Source of the DNA: Marsupella aquatica
Taxonomy: Eukaryota; Plantae; Marchantiophyta
NCBI GenBank assembly: GCA_973895155.1
Contig: OZ316892.1
Span: 1,006,917-1,070,916 of the forward strand
Length of the DNA: 64,000 nt
Direction: 5' to 3'
In this document: positions 59,161-64,000 of the stretch, piece after piece
Layout of the letters: every line of letters begins with the position of its first letter
Numbering within the stretch: position 1 is the first letter of the stretch
Position numbers and translations under genes: made by a program
The notes under the pieces: model-generated
Told to the model about the DNA's origin: nothing
The model's input: the letters and a program-made list of their open reading frames with translations, nothing else
The model's database searches: none

Positions 59161-59519
59161 TAAGTAATATCATTTGGGATGTCTCAAGTTTGATGGTCTA
59201 AGGGGAGCTCACAGTTATATTCAAAATCACATACTAACAATGAATCCACTTAAAACCCTACACTTAGACATCACCTTACCCATCATTCATCATGGTATTC
59301 AGAAATTCACACTTCAACATTCACAAGAGCCTCTAATATAGAACAATGGAAAAAACAAAAATCTTTATGATGAAGAGATAGAAAATACACATTTCCACTA
59401 GCATGAGTGAAACAATGGTAACCAATATTCAAAAATTGTCTGTTCTACATGATTAGAGAAAATGTTCAACACTTCCAAAGAAACCTCGTATTCCACAATG
59501 TATTCATTCCTAACACATC

Positions 59520-62230
59520 CCGTAAATAAAGTTGTTTCTCTTCTTTGTTGGGCATTGGCAATGTTGCATCATCACAATACACTGCCTTGACTAATACTTG
59601 CACCCAAGAACTCTCAATCATGACTCAATGAAATCTATCCTCTCTTGGTAACCCTGTCACTTCACCTCTAGCAACATATGTAAAGCGATCCACAACGTTT
59701 CTCAGTTCTACAACATCTTCTTTTAAAAACTACCACACACAATTGTTAGAAAATATCTATAGTATTGGTTCGAACATACCGGCATCAATTTAACAACATA
59801 AGCCAAAAAAAATTCACCTTTGTCGCTGGATTTGGGGAGAGAAGTGGTCCTCGTTCACTAGGTGGACACTGGTAGGGGTTGATTTCTTGAACCTCTTGGA
59901 AGCCCTTGGTGGTGTAGCCTCTTGTTCTGGAATTGGATTTGAGATTGCATTTGACATTATCTGTTCATCTGTGATAGCAATCTCATCACTCTCACCCTTA
60001 CCAATGCTACTTTGTAAAATGTAAGGTTCCTACAATGCTCCCTAATCTGCTTCTCCAATACTTGGCTTTTGCCTTGTTAAGGCATCTGATTTCTCTCGGT
60101 GCACGATACAAGATTCTCTCTTGAAGAAGCTACCACAAAGCAAAACAATGAAAGCTTAGAAAATTTAATTTAAAAGAAACTATTACATAATATATTTAGA
60201 GTATAAGTTTGTATGTTCTTACCATCACCATCACCTAAGAAAGTAAGAGAACACTTTTTGCTACTGCCTTTAGGCTCAACCACCACCTCAGTAGCAATTG
60301 TATTTGATAATTGCATATGAAACTGATTATGCTGATTCTATGCAATGAAAGGAGTCATCATAGATGTCAAATTGTTCACTTTGAACTCAAAGCTTGTTTG
60401 AATTCTCCACACACTGTTCAAGCTTGAGTAATCAAGCTGGTTCTTGAATTGTAATATCCCTGAACAATGGAGTCTACATACACAAACACACCATACAATT
60501 TTGAATCATCAATGACAATTTGAACATCATGGATGTCTAATAATCAAAATTGAATATACACAAATTTTCATATACGTACCGCTGATCCATGTGCAATCCA
60601 ATTCCCCACTGTCCAAAGATGGATTGATCTACATTGGGGGGACTTCGGGAACTACCAGAAACAAATTTTGATATAACAGAACTTGTCATTCCTCTTGCTT
60701 TCAAAAAACATATAATCACATTAAAAACAATTATTGGACTGTTAATGAGAACTTATCATATCATTGTTCATTTGATATACTATACTAGATAAAGACTTGA
60801 ATTCAAAAGACAATGAGATGGACAATCTGAAGATGGACAATCTGAAATCATTCTTACCAATATTTTTTCTGCTCCAACAGTCTCAGTCTCCTCTTCCAAA
60901 ATGCTATTTGTTCACCACTTATGTCCTCCTTGTTTTCATCAGAGCACTCTTTACAAGCAAAGTAGGACTATCAAAATGATCCACCAGTCGTGCCCATTTC
61001 CATGGGTCAACATAATTAGATCCTGGTTTGGAACGGTCATGTTTACAAAATCATTCCAATAAGTATTTAGTTTGTGACGTTCTCTCTTCAATAACGTTCG
61101 ATAGTGACTAATGAATTTTTTCAAAGACATTGACTGGTTATCTGGATACTCCCAATCTGTCTCCATCAATTTTTGCACAACATTAATTTTATTTTGATAT
61201 TTTTTGGTCCAGTAAGGTTTTGATACATCAAAAAGCCTCAAGATATTGGCACATAGCTCCTCCATCCAATATGGTTTATTAGGATGAGAATCATCAATAT
61301 CATTGTGAGTCATGAATCTGAAAAAAAACACCACATTCAAATGATAATCATCAACATTGGGAATGAAATAAACACCCAATTACTTCTGAGTACACTACCA
61401 ACCACAAATATGATATCTGCAATGAAAATCTTATTGTTATCAATTTCCCTTTCTTATTGCCAGCCCTTCTTGCAGTACCAGTTCTATGAAATTGTTTCTT
61501 GGCTTGCCTAGATTGCCTACGCTACGCTATTGCAGTCTTTCTTCTCTCTACATACACAATGAGCATCCAATATTTATCATCCATAATTGCAAAATGATTG
61601 AAAAGAAATATTACAATATAATAAGAGGCTTCATCAAATTTGACTTATCTGAACCCTGACTGGATGTCACTATTGTAGAGTATCTAGATTTTTCAATCGA
61701 TGTTGATGGAACCACCACTATACACATGCAAACCACTGGAATTATGGAGTCCAACATTCATAGAAATCAACATTGAAAATACATTAAAAATCTTTGAGAT
61801 TATTTACATTCAAATAGCTGGCCAGTCACAAGGTATTTGTAACATTGCACCATGTCACTCATGGAAGGCCCAACCTTTGTAGGAGCTCTTTCTACATCTG
61901 CCAAGCTCTTAGTTGGAGGTTGCAAATCCTGTCCAAATCAAATAAAAATCAATGTTATTAAACACAATCACTACCAATGTCTATAGTTTTGTCATAATGT
62001 TGGTGAAATGTAATAGAGAATCTCACCTTGGATGAACTTTCTGGTTTCTCATCTTCATTGTACTCAATGTCACTATCATAATCTGATTCAGAGCCCTCAT
62101 CACTAGACTCTGCCATACTCATTGAGACAATTCTTGATAGGTTGGAGTTTTGTCTCCTCTGTGTGGTAACCTCACTTTTAGAAGTTTGACGTGCACTTGT
62201 TCCCTTCTTGCGCCCTATGGTCTGTGTTGC
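59520..62230 (-). pseudogene. Multi-exon CACTA TnpA (Ptta/Tnp1-like) pseudogene
   Basis: Acidic N-terminal exon. Middle YWMEELCANILRLFD...WEY...LKRERHKLNTYW...YVDP..W..LV.HF. C-terminal YVARGEV...H...WVQVLVKAVYCDDATLPMP, resembling the Tnp1/En/Spm-like domain. Contains stops. Confidence 0.55.
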
Positions 62231-63358
62231 ACCTAGTCTACATCAGAGAATATCAATTTATGAATGACAATGACAAAAACCAATTGATATTGCTGATGAG
62301 TAGCAAGGTGATAAAGAGATAAATGACTATTTACTCCTTAACAACTCGATTTCGTTCCCATTAGGAGTGGATAAGATCGAAAAGACTGAATTAACACAAT
62401 TTGAGAAGTTTACACCAACATTCTTAGGTTGGAGAGATTTCTAGTGATCTCCTTAACATAAGTGTTTAACCACAACTCAAGTGGGTAATCCTTAGGATTC
62501 ACAGTGCAATAATAAAGACTAGAATTAATAAAGATTGAAACTAGAGAGAGAGTAGATAGGAGTTTTCAAAGTGCAAGGAAATTGAATTTCTGACCATCAC
62601 CACTCCTTCAATAAGGATTATGGCCTAATTTAAGATTCAGAAATCAACATTTTCTATGCTTTTTGATTTCTCGTAGCAACTCTTCTCCATCTATTGAATT
62701 TAGAAGACAACAATGTAAATCAACCCGGGACACTTTTCTGGTCTTGTTAAGGACGGTACTCGGATACTCAAATTGGCTTACTCTCCTACAATCCTTAAGA
62801 TTGCTTGTTTGGATTTTGTGCAAATGTCAATTTCCTCTTTGGTGAATCTTCCAAATGTATTGATCACAAATCTCATTGATCTTTCAATATCATTAAGGCA
62901 CACTCTAGCATTCATTGAACACTTCACAACAACTCAAGGGTTGCTAAACTTCTTCCTTTTACTTAACCATGGTAAAAAGGAAGGGAAGAAAAGACATAGA
63001 TTCCTTCAAAGGCAATGAGGAAATCAAAATGTATGTTTTCTCTCTCTGTTGACTTTGGGTTCTCCTCCTTTTGTACTAAAAGTGGAGATTATGAAAAGAC
63101 ATGCCTCTTCAAAACCCAAGTCTAAAGAAATATGTAAATAAAAGTGAACTATCCTGGTCAAAAATGGAGTAGAGTCTCCAATGGATACATCAACAAAATA
63201 CTGGAGTCTACTTACTCATATACTAATCTATATAGATATTTCTAAGTCTAAACTAATGTGGCTCTAACTCTCTAAATATAACTCTATTATGGTCCTAGCT
63301 TTTGGGAAGGAACCTCCTCAGGGTTAGCCATGGCAAGGGGTTCTAGTCGAAGGAAAAC

Positions 63359-64000
63359 TCATTGCTGGCCAGTGGTAAAAGGGATGGACGGGTCAATATC
63401 CATGTTCTCTTGATGGGCACTTGGGTCATGAGAATAGGTGTAAGAATGGGAGTGGAAGTGTGTACTGGGAGTGGGGAAACCAGGAGGGTTGAGGGGTGAT
63501 GAGGGGCCAGTGGAATAGACTCCTTCATAAGGACTAGGGGAGAAAGATCTGGTAGTAAAGGGAGGAATCTCAGTATCAACTAATAGCTCCTCAGTAGTCA
63601 AGTCACTCATCTCCCTTAAGGCTTCACAGGTCTTTGAGAGGCCTGTAAGTGCATCATCCACCTTGGTACTCACATCTACCACTAAATGATTAATCTTGGA
63701 GAAAAGGATGGGTGTGGTGTTCTTGGCCAAATACTCATCATAAATTTGGGCCTTAAGAAGATCCAGAGAAGCTATCTTAGTCAAAGGCTCAATCAGATCC
63801 AAAGATTGAGTGATACTGAGTTGGAGAGTATGCTCAAGCTCATTCTTCTTCTTACTCCTTTCCAACTGCTGTTTGAGTTCAGATACCTTCTTCTTGAGGA
63901 ACTCATTCTCCTTCTCTAACTTCCTCTTATCTGTGGCATCACTCATGGTGGAGATCTTCTCAAGAATCTGCCCTGGTTTCACTCCTAACTTCTGAGAAAT
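63359..64000 (-). CDS. Partial ORF with coiled coil and Pro/Ser-rich tail, probably TE-associated; runs off the window
   Basis: At least 207 open codons including KRKLEKENEFLKKKVSELKQQLE. No recognisable domain. Confidence 0.4.
   Translation of the reverse strand: MSQKLGVKPGQILEKISTMSDATDKRKLEKENEFLKKKVSELKQQLERSKKKNELEHTLQLSITQSLDLIEPLTKIASLDLLKAQIYDEYLAKNTTPILFSKINHLVVDVSTKVDDALTGLSKTCEALREMSDLTTEELLVDTEIPPFTTRSFSPSPYEGVYSTGPSSPLNPPGFPTPSTHFHSHSYTYSHDPSAHQENMDIDPSIPFTTGQQ

Larger units (their letters stand above)
58630..62240 (-). mobile_element. CACTA/EnSpm element, one terminus plus a degenerate TnpA-like gene; the other end is not seen
   Basis: Starts with CACTAGTGGAAAA at 58630, followed by GTCAT/ATGAC subterminal repeats and a TnpA-like pseudogene. 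The end coordinate marks only the limit of recognisable sequence. Confidence 0.7.

Noticed and set aside
58946-59173. ORF with YDTL repeats
   Set aside because: Artefact of the 12-bp CACTA subterminal array.

Overview
Eukaryotic, transposon-dense land-plant genomic DNA; a bryophyte or liverwort is my inference, not confirmed. The first ~27 kb holds three host loci: a lineage-specific 189-aa ORF, a 3-exon KS/HIRD11-like dehydrin with an upstream ABRE, and a 5-exon GDSL lipase pseudogene. It also holds a 3.5-kb PIF/Harbinger-type (PHIS) element with an ATT TSD. That element has an intact Myb/SANT-like ORF, a transposase with its DDE domain deleted, and an unexpected third ORF resembling the Zn-ribbon OB fold of the RPA70 C-terminus; this is the most unusual observation in the window. 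From 28 kb onward the window is a TE nest. It contains a tRNA-derived SINE and a 10.1-kb hAT element (8-bp TSD) carrying a nested intact Bianca-like Copia (apparently identical 197-bp LTRs, half-tRNA-Ile PBS) and a MITE. Further on are a Tork/Tnt1-like Copia with apparently identical 475-bp LTRs but a broken pol, a degenerate Helitron RepHel interrupted by two MITEs, and the left end of a CACTA element. All calls come from manual reading and motif recognition; no database searches were run.
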